From assembly GCF_009914755.1 (NCBI RefSeq), contig NC_060940.1: DNA of 64,000 nt, one strand, 5' to 3'. Source of the stretch: the human T2T-CHM13v2.0 reference genome, Homo sapiens. Within the stretch, counting starts at the first letter, position 1. Every line of letters begins with the position of its first letter. Below the pieces are notes generated by a model. The model did no database searches, was not told the origin of the DNA, and was given only the letters and a program-made list of their open reading frames with translations. Position numbers and translations under genes: made by a program. Shown here piece after piece: positions 26,801 to 38,400 of the stretch.

Positions 26801-29800
26801 GTGCGTTCAACTCACAGAGTTTAACCTTTCTTTTCAAAGAGCAGTTAGGAAACACTCTGTTTGTAAAGTCTGCAAGTGGATATTCAGACCTCTTTGAGGC
26901 CTTCGTTGGAAACGGGATTTCTTCATATTATGCTAGACAGATGAATTCTCAGTAACTTCCTTGTGTTGTGTTTATTCAACTCACAGAGTTGAACGATCCT
27001 TTACACAGAGCAGATTTGAAACACTGTTTTTCTGGAATTTGCAAGTGGAGATTTCAGCCGCTTTGAGGTCAATGGTAGAAAAAGAAATATCTTCGTATAA
27101 AAACTAGACAGAATGATTCTCAGAAACTCCTTTGTGATGTGTGCGTTCAACTCACAGAGTTTAACCTTTCTTTTCACAGAGCAGTTAGGAAACACTCTGT
27201 TTGTGAAGCCTGCCAGTGGATATTCGGACCTCTTTGAGGCCTTCGTTGGAAACGGGATTTCTTCATATTATGCTAGACAGAAGATTTCTCAGTAACTTCT
27301 TTGTGTTGTGTGTATGCAACTCACAGAGTTCAACCTTCCTTTAGACAGAGCAGATTTGAAACACTCTTTTTGTGGAATTTGCAAGTGGAGATTTCAAGCG
27401 CTTCGATGCCAATGGTAGAAAAGGAAATATCTTCGTATAAAAACAAGACAAACTCGTTCCCAGACACTGCGTAGTGATGTGTGTGTTTAACTCACAGAGT
27501 TTCACCTTTCTTTTCATACAGCATTCTGGAAACCCTCTGTTTGTAAAGTCTGCAAGTGGATATTTGGACCTCTTAGATGCCTTCGTTGGAAACGGGATTT
27601 CTTCATATAATGCTAGAGGGAAGAATTCTTAGTAACTTCTTTGTGTTGTGTGTATTCAACTGACAGAGTTGAACCTTCCTTTAGACAGAGCAGATTTGAA
27701 AGTCTCTTTTTGTGGAATTTGCAAGTGGAGATTTCAAGCGCTTTGAGGCCAAAAGCAGAAAAGGAAATATTTTCCTATAAAAACTAGACAGAATCTTTCT
27801 CAGAAACTGCTCTGGGATGTGTGCGTTCAACTCACAGAGTTTAACTTTTCATTCAGCAGTTTGGAAACACTCTGTTTGGAAAGTCTGCACGTGGATATTT
27901 TGACCTCTTTGAGGCCTTCGTTGGAAACGGGTTTTTTCATGTAACGCTAGACAGAAGAAATCTCAGTAACTTCCTTGTGTTGTGTGTATTCAACTGACAG
28001 AGTTGAACCTTCCTTTAGACAGAGCAGATTCGAAACACTCTTTTTCTGCAATTTGCAAGTGGAGACTTCAAGCGCTTTGAGGCCAAAGGCAGAAAAGGAA
28101 ATATCTTCGTATAAAAACCCGACAGAATCATTCTCAGAAACTGCTCTGTGATGTGTGCGTTCAACTCACAGAGTTTAACTTTTCTTTTCATTCAGCAGTT
28201 TGGAAACACTCTGTTTGTAAAGTCTGCAAGTGGATATCTTGGCCTCTTAGAGGCCTTCGTTGGAAACGGGTTTTTTCATGTAAGGTTAGACAGAGGAATT
28301 CCCAGTAACTTCCTTGTGTTGTGTGCATTCAACTCACAGAGTTGAATGATTCTTTACACAGAGCAGATTTGAGACACTCTTTTGGTGGAATTTGTAAGTG
28401 GAGAATTCAGCTGCTTTGAGGTCAACGGTAGAAAAGGAAATATCTTCGTATAAAAACTAGACAGAATGATTCTCAGAAACTGTTTTGTGATGTGTGCGTT
28501 CAACTCACAGAGTTTAACCTTTCTTTTCAAAGAGCAGTTAGGAAACACTCTGTTTGTAAAGTCTGCAAGTGGATATTCAGACCTCTTTGAGGCCTTCGTT
28601 GGAAACGGGATTTCTTCATATTATGCTAGAGAGATGAATTCTCAGTAACTTCCTTGTGTTGTGTGTATTCAACTCACAGAGTTGAACGATCCTTTACACA
28701 GAGCAGATTTGAAACACTGTTTTTCTGGAATTTGCAAGTGGAGATTTCAGCCGCTTTGAGGTCAATGGTAGAAAAGGAAATATCTTCGTATAAAAACTAG
28801 ACAGAATGATTCTCAGAAACTCCTTTGTGATGTGTGCGTTCAACTCACAGAGTTTAACCTTTCTTTTCACAGAGCAGTTAGGAAACACTCTGTTTGTGAA
28901 GCCTGCCAGTGGATATTCGGACCTCTTTGAGGCCTTCGTTGGAAACGGGATTTCTTCATATTATGCTAGACAGAAGATTTCTCAGTAACTTCTTTGTGTT
29001 GTGTGTATGCAACTCACAGAGTTCAACCTTCCTTTAGACAGAGCAGATTTGAAACACTCTTTTTGTGGAATTTGCAAGTGGAGATTTCAAGCGCTTCGAT
29101 GCCAATGGTAGAAAAGGAAATATCTTCGTATAAAAACAAGACAAACTCGTTCCCAGACACTGCGTAGTGATGTGTGTGTTTAACTCACAGAGTTTAACCT
29201 TTCTTTTCATAAAGCATTCTGGAAACCCTCTGTTTGTAAAGTCTGCAAGTGGATATTTGGACCTCTTAGATGCCTTCGTTGGAAACGGGATTTCTTCATA
29301 TAATGCTAGAGGGAAGAATTCTTAGTAACTTCTTTGTGTTGTGTGTATTCAACTGACAGAGTTGAACCTTCCTTTAGACAGAGCAGATTTGAAAGTCTCT
29401 TTTTGTGGAATTTGCAAGTGGAGATTTCAAGCGCTTTGAGGCCAAAAGCAGAAAAGGAAATATTTTCCTATAAAAACTAGACAGAATCTTTCTCAGAAAC
29501 TGCTCTGGGATGTGTGCGTTCAACTCACAGAGTTTAACTTTTCTTTTCATTCAGCAGTTTGGAAACACTCTGTTTGGAAAGTCTGCACGTGGATATTTTG
29601 ACCTCTTTGAGGCCTTCGTTGGAAACGGGTTTTTTTCATGTAACGCTAGACAGAAGAAATCTCAGTAACTTCCTTGTGTTGTGTGTATTCAACTGACAGA
29701 GTTGAACCTTCCTTTAGACAGAGCAGATTCGAAACACTCTTTTTCTGCAATTTGCAAGTGGAGACTTCAAGCGCTTTGAGGCCAAAGGCAGAAAAGGAAA

Positions 29801-30842
29801 TATCTTCGTATAAAAACCCGACAGAATCATTCTCAGAAACTGCTCTGTGATGTGTGCGTTCAACTCACAGAGTTTAACTTTTCTTTTCATTCAGCAGTTT
29901 GGAAACACTCTGTTTGTAAAGTCTGCAAGTGGATATCTTGGCCTCTTAGAGGCCTTCATTGGAAACGGGTTTTTTCATGTAAGGTTAGACAGAGGAATTC
30001 CCAGTAACTTCCTTGTGTTGTGTGCATTCAACTCACAGAGTTGAATGATTCTTTACACAGCGCAGATTTGAGACACTCTTTTGGTGGAATTTGTAAGTGG
30101 AGAATTCAGCTGCTTTGAGGTCAACGGTAGAAAAGGAAATATCTTCGTATAAAAACTAGACAGAATGATTCTCATTAACTGTTTTGTGATGTGTGCGTTC
30201 AACTCACAGAGTTTAACCTTTCTTTTCAAAGAGCAGTTAGGAAACACTCTGTTTGTAAAGTCTGCAAGTGGATATTCAGACCTCTTTGAGGCCTTCGTTG
30301 AAAACGGGATTTCTTCATATTATGCTAGACAGATGAATTCTCAGTAACTTCCTTGTGTTGTGTGTATTCAACTCACAGAGTTGAACGATCCTTTACACAG
30401 AGCAGATTTGAAACACTGTTTTTCTGGAATTTGCAAGTGGAGATTTCAGCTGCTTTGAGGTCAATGGTAGAAAAGGAAATATCTTCGTATAAAAACTAGA
30501 CAGAATGATTCTCAGAAACTCCTTTGTGATGTGTGCGTTCAACTCACAGAGTTTAACCTTTCTTTTCACAGAGCAGTTAGGAAACACTCTGTTTGTGAAG
30601 CCTGCCAGTGGATATTCGGACCTCTTTGAGGCCTTCGTTGGAAACGGGATTTCTTCATATTATGCTAGACAGAAGATTTCTCAGTAACTTCTTTGTGTTG
30701 TGTGTATGCAACTCACAGAGTTCAACCTTCCTTTAGACAGAGCAGATTTGAAACACTCTTTTTGTGGAATTTGCAAGTGGAGATTTCAAGCGCTTTGAGG
30801 CCAAAAGCAGAAAAGGAAATATTTTCCTATAAAAACTAGACA

Positions 30843-32200
30843 GAATCTTTCTCAGAAACTGCTCTGTGATGTGTGCGTTCAACTCACAGAGTTTAACTTT
30901 TCTTTTCATTCAGCAGTTTGGAAACACTCTGTTTGTAAAGTCTGCAAGTGGATATCTTGGCCTCTTAGAGGCCTTCGTTGGAAACGGGTTTTTTCATGTA
31001 AGGATAGACAGAGGAATTCCCAGTAACTTCCTTGTGTTGTGTGCATTCAACTCACAGAGTTGAATGATTCTTTACACAGAGCAGATTTGAGACACTCTTT
31101 TGGTGGAATTTGTAAGTGGAGAATTCAGCCGCTTTGAGGTCAACGGTAGAAAAGGAAATATCTTCGTATAAAAACTAGACAGAATGATTCTCAGAAACTG
31201 TTTTGTGATGTGTGCGTTCAACTCACAGAGTTTAACCTTTCTTTTCAAAGAGCAGTTAGGAAACACTCTGTTTGTAAAGTCTGCAAGTGGATATTCGGAC
31301 CTCTTTGAGGCCTTTGTTGGAAACGGGATTTCTTCATATTATGCTAGACAGAAGATTTCTCAGTAACTTCTTTGTGTTGTGTGTATGCAACTCACAGAGT
31401 TCAACCTTCCTTTAGACAGAGCAGATTTGAAACACTCTTTTTGTGGAATTTGCAAGTGGAGATTTCAAGCGCTTCGATGCCAATGGTAGAAAAGGAAATA
31501 TCTTCGTATAAAAACAAGACAAACTCGTTCCCAGACACTGCGTAGTGATGTGTGTGTTTAACTCACAGAGTTTAACCTTTCTTTTCATACAGCATTCTGG
31601 AAACCCTCTGTTTGTAAAGTCTGCAAGTGGATATTTGGACCTCTTAGATGCCTTCGTTGGAAACGGGATTTCTTCATATAATGCTAGAGGGAAGAATTCT
31701 TAGTAACTTCTTTGTGTTGTGTGTATTCAACTGACAGAGTTGAACCTTCCTTTAGACAGAGCAGATTTGAAAGTCTCTTTTTGTGGAATTTGCAAGTGGA
31801 GATTTCAAGCGCTTTGAGGCCAAAAGCAGAAAAGGAAATATTTTCCTATAAAAACTAGACAGAATCATTCTCAGAAACTGCTCTGGGATGTGTGTGTTCA
31901 ACTCACAGAGTTTAACTTTCTTTTCATTCAGCAGTTTGGAAACACTCTGTTTGGAAAGTCTGCACGTGGATATTTTGACCTCTTTGAGGCCTTCGTTGGA
32001 AACGGGTTTTTTTCATGTAAGGCTAGACAGAAGAAATCTCAGTAACTTCCTTGTGTTGTGTGTATTCAACTGACAGAGTTGAACCTTCCTTTAGACAGAG
32101 CAGATTCGAAACACTCTTTTTCTGCAATTTGCAAGTGGAGACTTCAAGCGCTTTGAGGCCAAAGGCAGAAAAGGAAATATCTTCGTATAAAAACCCGACA
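30843..32200 (+). repeat. Second 8-mer variant with a B/C hybrid monomer (1358 bp)
   Basis: The monomer at ~31184 has B alleles up to GTAAAGTCTGCAAG (~31286), then C alleles (ATTCGGAC ~31297, GAAGATTTCTC). Confidence 0.92.
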
Positions 32201-35200
32201 GAATCATTCTCAGAAACTGCTCTGTGATGTGTGCGTTCAACTCACAGAGTTTAACTTTTCTTTTCATTCAGCAGTTTGGAAACACTCTGTTTGTAAAGTC
32301 TGCAAGTGGATATCTTGGCCTCTTAGAGGCCTTCGTTGGAAACGGGTTTTTTCATGTAAGGATAGACAGAGGAATTCCCAGTAACTTCCTTGTGTTGTGT
32401 GCATTCAACTCACAGAGTTGAATGATTCTTTACACAGAGCAGATTTGAGACACTCTTTTGGTGGAATTTGTAAGTGGAGAATTCAGCTGCTTTGAGGTCA
32501 ACGGTAGAAAAGGAAATATCTTCGTATAAAAACTAGACAGAATGATTCTCAGAAACTGTTTTGTGATGTGTGCGTTCAACTCACAGAGTTTAACCTTTCT
32601 TTTCAAAGAGCAGTTAGGAAACACTCTGTTTGTAAAGTCTGCAAGTGGATATTCAGACCTCTTTGAGGCCTTCGTTGGAAACGGGATTTCTTCATATTAT
32701 GCTAGACAGATGAATTCTCAGTAACTTCCTTGTGTTGTGTGTATTCAACTCACAGAGTTAAACGATCCTTTACACAGAGCAGATTTGAAACACTGTTTTT
32801 CTGGAATTTGCAAGTGGAGATTTCAGCCGCTTTGAGGTCAATGGTAGAAAAGGAAATATCTTCGTATAAAAACTAGACAGAATGATTCTCAGAAACTCCT
32901 TTGTGATGTGTGCGTTCAACTCACAGAGTTTAACCTTTCTTTTCACAGAGCAGTTAGGAAACACTCTGTTTGTGAAGCCTGCCAGTGGATATTCGGACCT
33001 CTTTGAGGCCTTCGTTGGAAACGGGATTTCTTCATATTATGCTAGACAGAAGATTTCTCAGTAACTTCTTTGTGTTGTGTGTATGCAACTCACAGAGTTC
33101 AACCTTCCTTTAGACAGAGCAGATTTGAAACACTCTTTTTGTGGAATTTGCAAGTGGAGATTTCAAGCGCTTTGAGGCCAAAAGCAGAAAAGGAAATATT
33201 TTCCTATAAAAACTAGACAGAATCTTTCTCAGAAACTGCTCTGTGATGTGTGCGTTCAACTCACAGAGTTTAACTTTTCTTTTCATTCAGCAGTTTGGAA
33301 ACACTCTGTTTGTAAAGTCTGCAAGTGGATATCTTGGCCTCTTAGAGGCCTTCGTTGGAAACGGGTTTTTTCATGTAAGGATAGACAGAGGAATTCCCAG
33401 TAACTTCCTTGTGTTGTGTGCATTCAACTCACAGAGTTGAATGATTCTTTACACAGAGCAGATTTGAGACACTCTTTTGGTGGAATTTGTAAGTGGAGAA
33501 TTCAGCCGCTTTGAGGTCAACGGTAGAAAAGGAAATATCTTCGTATAAAAACTAGACAGAATGATTCTCAGAAAGTGTTTTGTGATGTGTGCGTTCAACT
33601 CACAGAGTTTAACCTTTCTTTTCAAAGAGCAGTTAGGAAACACTCTGTTTGTAAAGTCTGCAAGTGGATATTCAGACCTCTTTGAGGCCTTCGTTGGAAA
33701 CGGGATTTCTTCATATTATGCTAGACAGATGAATTCTCAGTAACTTCCTTGTGTTGTGTGTATTCAACTCACAGAGTTAAACGATCCTTTACACAGAGCA
33801 GATTTGAAACACTGTTTTTCTGGAATTTGCAAGTGGAGATTTCAGCCGCTTTGAGGTCAATGGTAGAAAACGAAATATCTTCGTATAAAAACTAGACAGA
33901 ATGATTCTCAGAAACTCCTTTGTGATGTGTGCGTTCAACTCACAGAGTTTAACCTTTCTTTTCACAGAGCAGTTAGGAAACACTCTGTTTGTGAAGCCTG
34001 CCAGTGGATATTCGGACCTCTTTGAGGCCTTCGTTGGAAACGGGATTTCTTCATATTATGCTAGACAGAAGATTTCTCAGTAACTTCTTTGTGTTGTGTG
34101 TATGCAACTCACAGAGTTCAACCTTCCTTTAGACAGAGCAGATTTGAAACACTCTTTTTGTGGAATTTGCAAGTGGAGATTTCAAGCGCTTCGATGCCAA
34201 TGGTAGAAAAGGAAATATCTTCGTATAAAAACAAGACAAACTCGTTCCCAGACACTGCGTAGTGATGTGTGTGTTTAACTCACAGAGTTTCACCTTTCTT
34301 TTCATACAGCATTCTGGAAACCCTCTGTTTGTAAAGTCTGCAAGTGGATATTTGGACCTCTTAGATGCCTTCGTTGGAAACGGGATTTCTTCATATAATG
34401 CTAGAGGGAAGAATTCTTAGTAACTTCTTTGTGTTGTGTGTATTCAACTGACAGAGTTGAACCTTCCTTTAGACAGAGCAGATTTGAAAGTCTCTTTTTG
34501 TGGAATTTGCAAGTGGAGATTTCAAGCGCTTTGAGGCCAAAAGCAGAAAAGGAAATATTTTCCTATAAAAACTAGACAGAATCTTTCTCAGAAACTGCTC
34601 TGGGATGTGTGCGTTCAACTCACAGAGTTTAACTTTTCTTTTCATTCAGCAGTTTGGAAACACTCTGTTTGGAAAGTCTGCACGTGGATATTTTGACCTC
34701 TTTGAGGCCTTCGTTGGAAACGGGTTTTTTTCATGTAAGGCTAGACAGAAGAAATCTCAGTAACTTCCTTGTGTTGTGTGTATTCAACTGACAGAGTTGA
34801 ACCTTCTTTTAGACAGAGCAGATTCGAAACACTCTTTTTCTGCAATTTGCAAGTGGAGACTTCAAGCGCTTTGAGGCCAAAGGCAGAAAAGGAAATATCT
34901 TCGTATAAAAACCCGACAGAATCATTCTCAGAAACTGCTCTGTGATGTGTGCGTTCAACTCACAGAGTTTAACTTTTCTTTTCATTCAGCAGTTTGGAAA
35001 CACTCTGTTTGTAAAGTCTGCAAGTGGATATCTTGGCCTCTTAGAGGCCTTCGTTGGAAACGGGTTTTTTCATGTAAGGTTAGACAGAGGAATTCCCAGT
35101 AACTTCCTTGTGTTGTGTGCATTCAACTCACAGAGTTGAATGATTCTTTACACAGAGCAGATTTGAGACACTCTTTTGGTGGAATTTGTAAGTGGAGAAT

Positions 35201-35414
35201 TCAGCTGCTTTGAGGTCAATGGTAGAAAAGGAAATATCTTCGTATAAAAACTAGACAGAATGATTCTCAGAAACTGTTTTGTGATGTGTGCGTTCAACTC
35301 ACAGAGTTTAACCTTTCTTTTCAAAGAGCAGTTAGGAAACACTCTGTTTGTAAAGTCTGCCAGTGGATATTCAGACCTCTTTGAGGCCTTCGTTGGAAAC
35401 GGGATTTCTTCCTA

Positions 35415-38400
35415 TAATACTACACAGAAGAATTCTCAGTAACTTCCTTGTGTTGTGTGTATTCAACTCACAGAGTTGAACCATCTTTTACACAGAGAAG
35501 ATCTGAAACACTCTTTTTGTGGAATTTGCAAGTGGAGATTTCAGCCACCTTGAGGTCAATGGTAGAAAAGGAAATATCTTCGTATAAAAACTAGACAGAA
35601 TGACTCTCAGAAACTCCTTTGTGATGTGTGCATTCAACTCACAGAGTTTAACCTTTCTTTTCATACAGCATTCTGGAAACACTCTGTTTCTAAAGTCTGT
35701 AAGTGGATATCTGGACCTCTTAGATGCCTTCGCTGGAAACGGGATTTCTCCATATAATGCTAGAGGGAAGAATTCTTAGTAAACTCTTTGTGTTGTGTGT
35801 ATTCAACTGACAGAGTTGAACCTTCCTTTAGACAGAGCAGATTTGAAACACTCTTTTTGTGGAATTTGCAAGTGGAGATTTCAAGCGCTTTGAGGCCAAA
35901 GGCAGAAAAGGAAATATTTTCCTATAAAAACTAGACAGAATCATTCTCAAAACTGCTCTGTGATGTGTGCGTTCAACTCACAGAGTTTAACTTTTCATTC
36001 AGCAGTTTGGAAACACTCTGTTTGTAAAGTCTGCAAGTGGATATTTTGACCTCTTTGAGGCCATCGTTGGAAACGGGATTTTTCATGTAAGGCTAGACAG
36101 AAGAAATCTCAGTAACTTCCTTGTGTTGTGGGTATTCAACTGACAGAGTTGAACCTTCCTTTAGACAGAGCAGATTCGAAACACTCTTTTTGTGCAATTT
36201 CCAAGTGGAGACTTCAAGCGCTTTGAGGCCAAAGGCAGAAAAGGAAATATCTTCGTATAAAAACCAGACAGAATCATTCTCAGAAACTGCTCTGTGATGT
36301 GTGCGTTCAACTCACAGAGTTTAACTTTTCTTTTCATTCAGCAGTTTGGAAACACTCTGTTTGTAAAGTCTGCAAGTGGATATATTGGCCTCTTAGAGGC
36401 CTTCGTTCGAAACGGGTTTTTTTCATGTAAGGTTAGACAGAGGAATTCCCAGTAACTTCCTTGTGTTGTGTGGATTCAACACACAGATTTGAATGATTCT
36501 TTACACAGAGCAGATTTGAGACACTCTTTTGGTGGAATTTGTAAGTGGAGAATTCAGCCGCTTTGAGGTCAATGGTAGAAAAGGAAATATCTTCGTATAA
36601 AAACTAGACAGAATGATTCTCAGAAACTGCTCTGTGATGTGTGCGTTCAACTCACAGAGTTTAACCTTTCTTTTCCAAGAGCAGTTAGGAAACACTCTGT
36701 TTGTGAAGTCTGCAAGTGGATATTCAGACCTCTTTGAGGCCTTCTTTAGAAACGGGATTTCTTCATATTATGCTAGACAGAAGAATTCTCAGTAACTTCC
36801 TTGTGTTGTGTGTATTCAACTCACAGAGGTGAACGACCCTTTACACAAAGCAGATTTGAAACCCTCTTTTTCTGGAATTTGCAAGTGGGGATTTCAGCCT
36901 CTTTGAGGTCAATGGTAGAAAAGGAAATATCTTCGTATAAAAACTAGACAGAATGATTCTCAGAAACTCCTTTGTGATGTGTGCGTTCAACTCACTGAGT
37001 TCAACCTTTCTTTTCATACAACATTCTGGAAACACTCTGTTTGTAAAGTCTGCAAGTGGATATCTGGACCTCTTAGATGCGTTCGTTGGAAACGGGATTT
37101 CTCCATATAATGCTAGAGGGAAGAATTCTTAGTAACTTCTTTGTGTTGTGTGTATTCAACTGACAGAGTTGAACCTTCCTTTAGACAGAGCAGATTTGAA
37201 ACAATCTTTTTGTGGAATTTGCAAGTGGAGATTTCAAGCGCTTTGAGGCCAAAGGCAGAAAAGGAAATATTTTCCTATAAAAACTAGACAGAATCATTCT
37301 CAAAACTGCTCTGTGATGTGTGCGTTCAACTCACAGAGTTTAACTTTTCATTCAGCAGTTTGGAAACACTCTGTTTGTAAAGTCTGCAAGTGGATATTTT
37401 GACCTCTTTGAGGCCTTCGTTGGAAACGGGTTTTTTTCATGTCAGGCTAGACAGAAGAAATCTCAGTAACTTCCTTGTGTTGTGGGTATTCAACTGACAG
37501 AGTTGAACCTTCCTTTAGACAGAGCAGATTCGAAACACTCTTTTTGTGCAATTTGCAAGTGGAGACATCAAGCGCCTTGAGGTCAAAGGCAGAAAAGGAA
37601 ATATCTTCGTATAAAAACCAGACAGAATCATTCTCAGAAACTGCTCTGGATGTGTGCGTTCAACTCACAGAGTTTAACTTTTCTTTTCATTCAGCAGTTT
37701 GGAAACACCCTGTTTGTATAGTCTGCAAGTGGATATATTGTCCTCTTAGAGGACTTCGTTGGAAACGGGTTTTTTTCATGTAAGGTTAGACAGAGGAATT
37801 CCCAGTAACTTCCTTGTGTTGTGTGCATTCAACTCACAGAGTTGAATGATTCTTTACACAGAGCAGATTTGAGACACTCTTTTGGTGGAATTTGTAAGTG
37901 GAGAATTCAGCCGCTTTGAGGTCAATGGTAGAAAAGGAAATATCTTCGTATAAAAACTAGACAGAATGATTCTCAGAAACTGTTTTGTGATGTGTGCGTT
38001 CAACTCACAGAGTTTAACCTTTCTTTTCAAAGAGCAGTTAGGAAACACTCTGTTTGTAAAGTCTGCAAGTGGATATTCAGACCTCTTTGAGGCCTTCGTT
38101 GGAAACAGGATTTCTTCTTATTATGCTAGACAGAAGAATTCTCAGTAACTTCCTTGTGTTGCGTGTATTCAACTCACAGAGTTGAACGATCCTTTACACA
38201 GAGCAGATTTGAAACCCTCTTTTTCTGGAATTTGCAAGTGGAGATTTCAGCCGCTTTGAGTTCAATGGTAGAAAAGGAAATATCTTAGTATAAAAACTAG
38301 ATAGAATGATTCTCAGAAACTCCTTTGTGATGTGTGCGTTCAACTCACAGAGTTTAACCTTTCTTTTCATAGAGCAGTTAGGAAACACTCTGTTTGTGAA

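Larger units (their letters stand above)
1..35410 (+). repeat. Homogeneous (live-type) HOR array, 1699-bp 10-mer plus structural variants; probably chromosome 16 D16Z2
   Basis: Marker ORF 'MMCAFNSQSLTFLFIQQ' recurs with spacings giving the order 10,6,8,10,6,10,6,10,6,10,10,6,10,10,6,10,6,10,10,10,6,8,6,10 monomers (13 10-mers, 9 6-mers, 2 8-mers between 974 and 34942). Copies differ by only scattered SNVs. The chromosome assignment rests on recalling that the SF1 1.7-kb 10-mer is D16Z2 and was not checked by search. Confidence 0.9.

Noticed and set aside
30293-30309. Variant CENP-B box CTTCGTTGAAAACGGGA
   Set aside because: The change is at a non-core position and the nine essential bases are intact, so it was not counted as a lost box.
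37475-37783. Longest ORF (102 aa) as a possible de novo gene
   Set aside because: It arises from small stop-removing or frame-changing mutations in one divergent dimer. It is not kept in the duplicate at ~41.9 kb and has no promoter or splice evidence.
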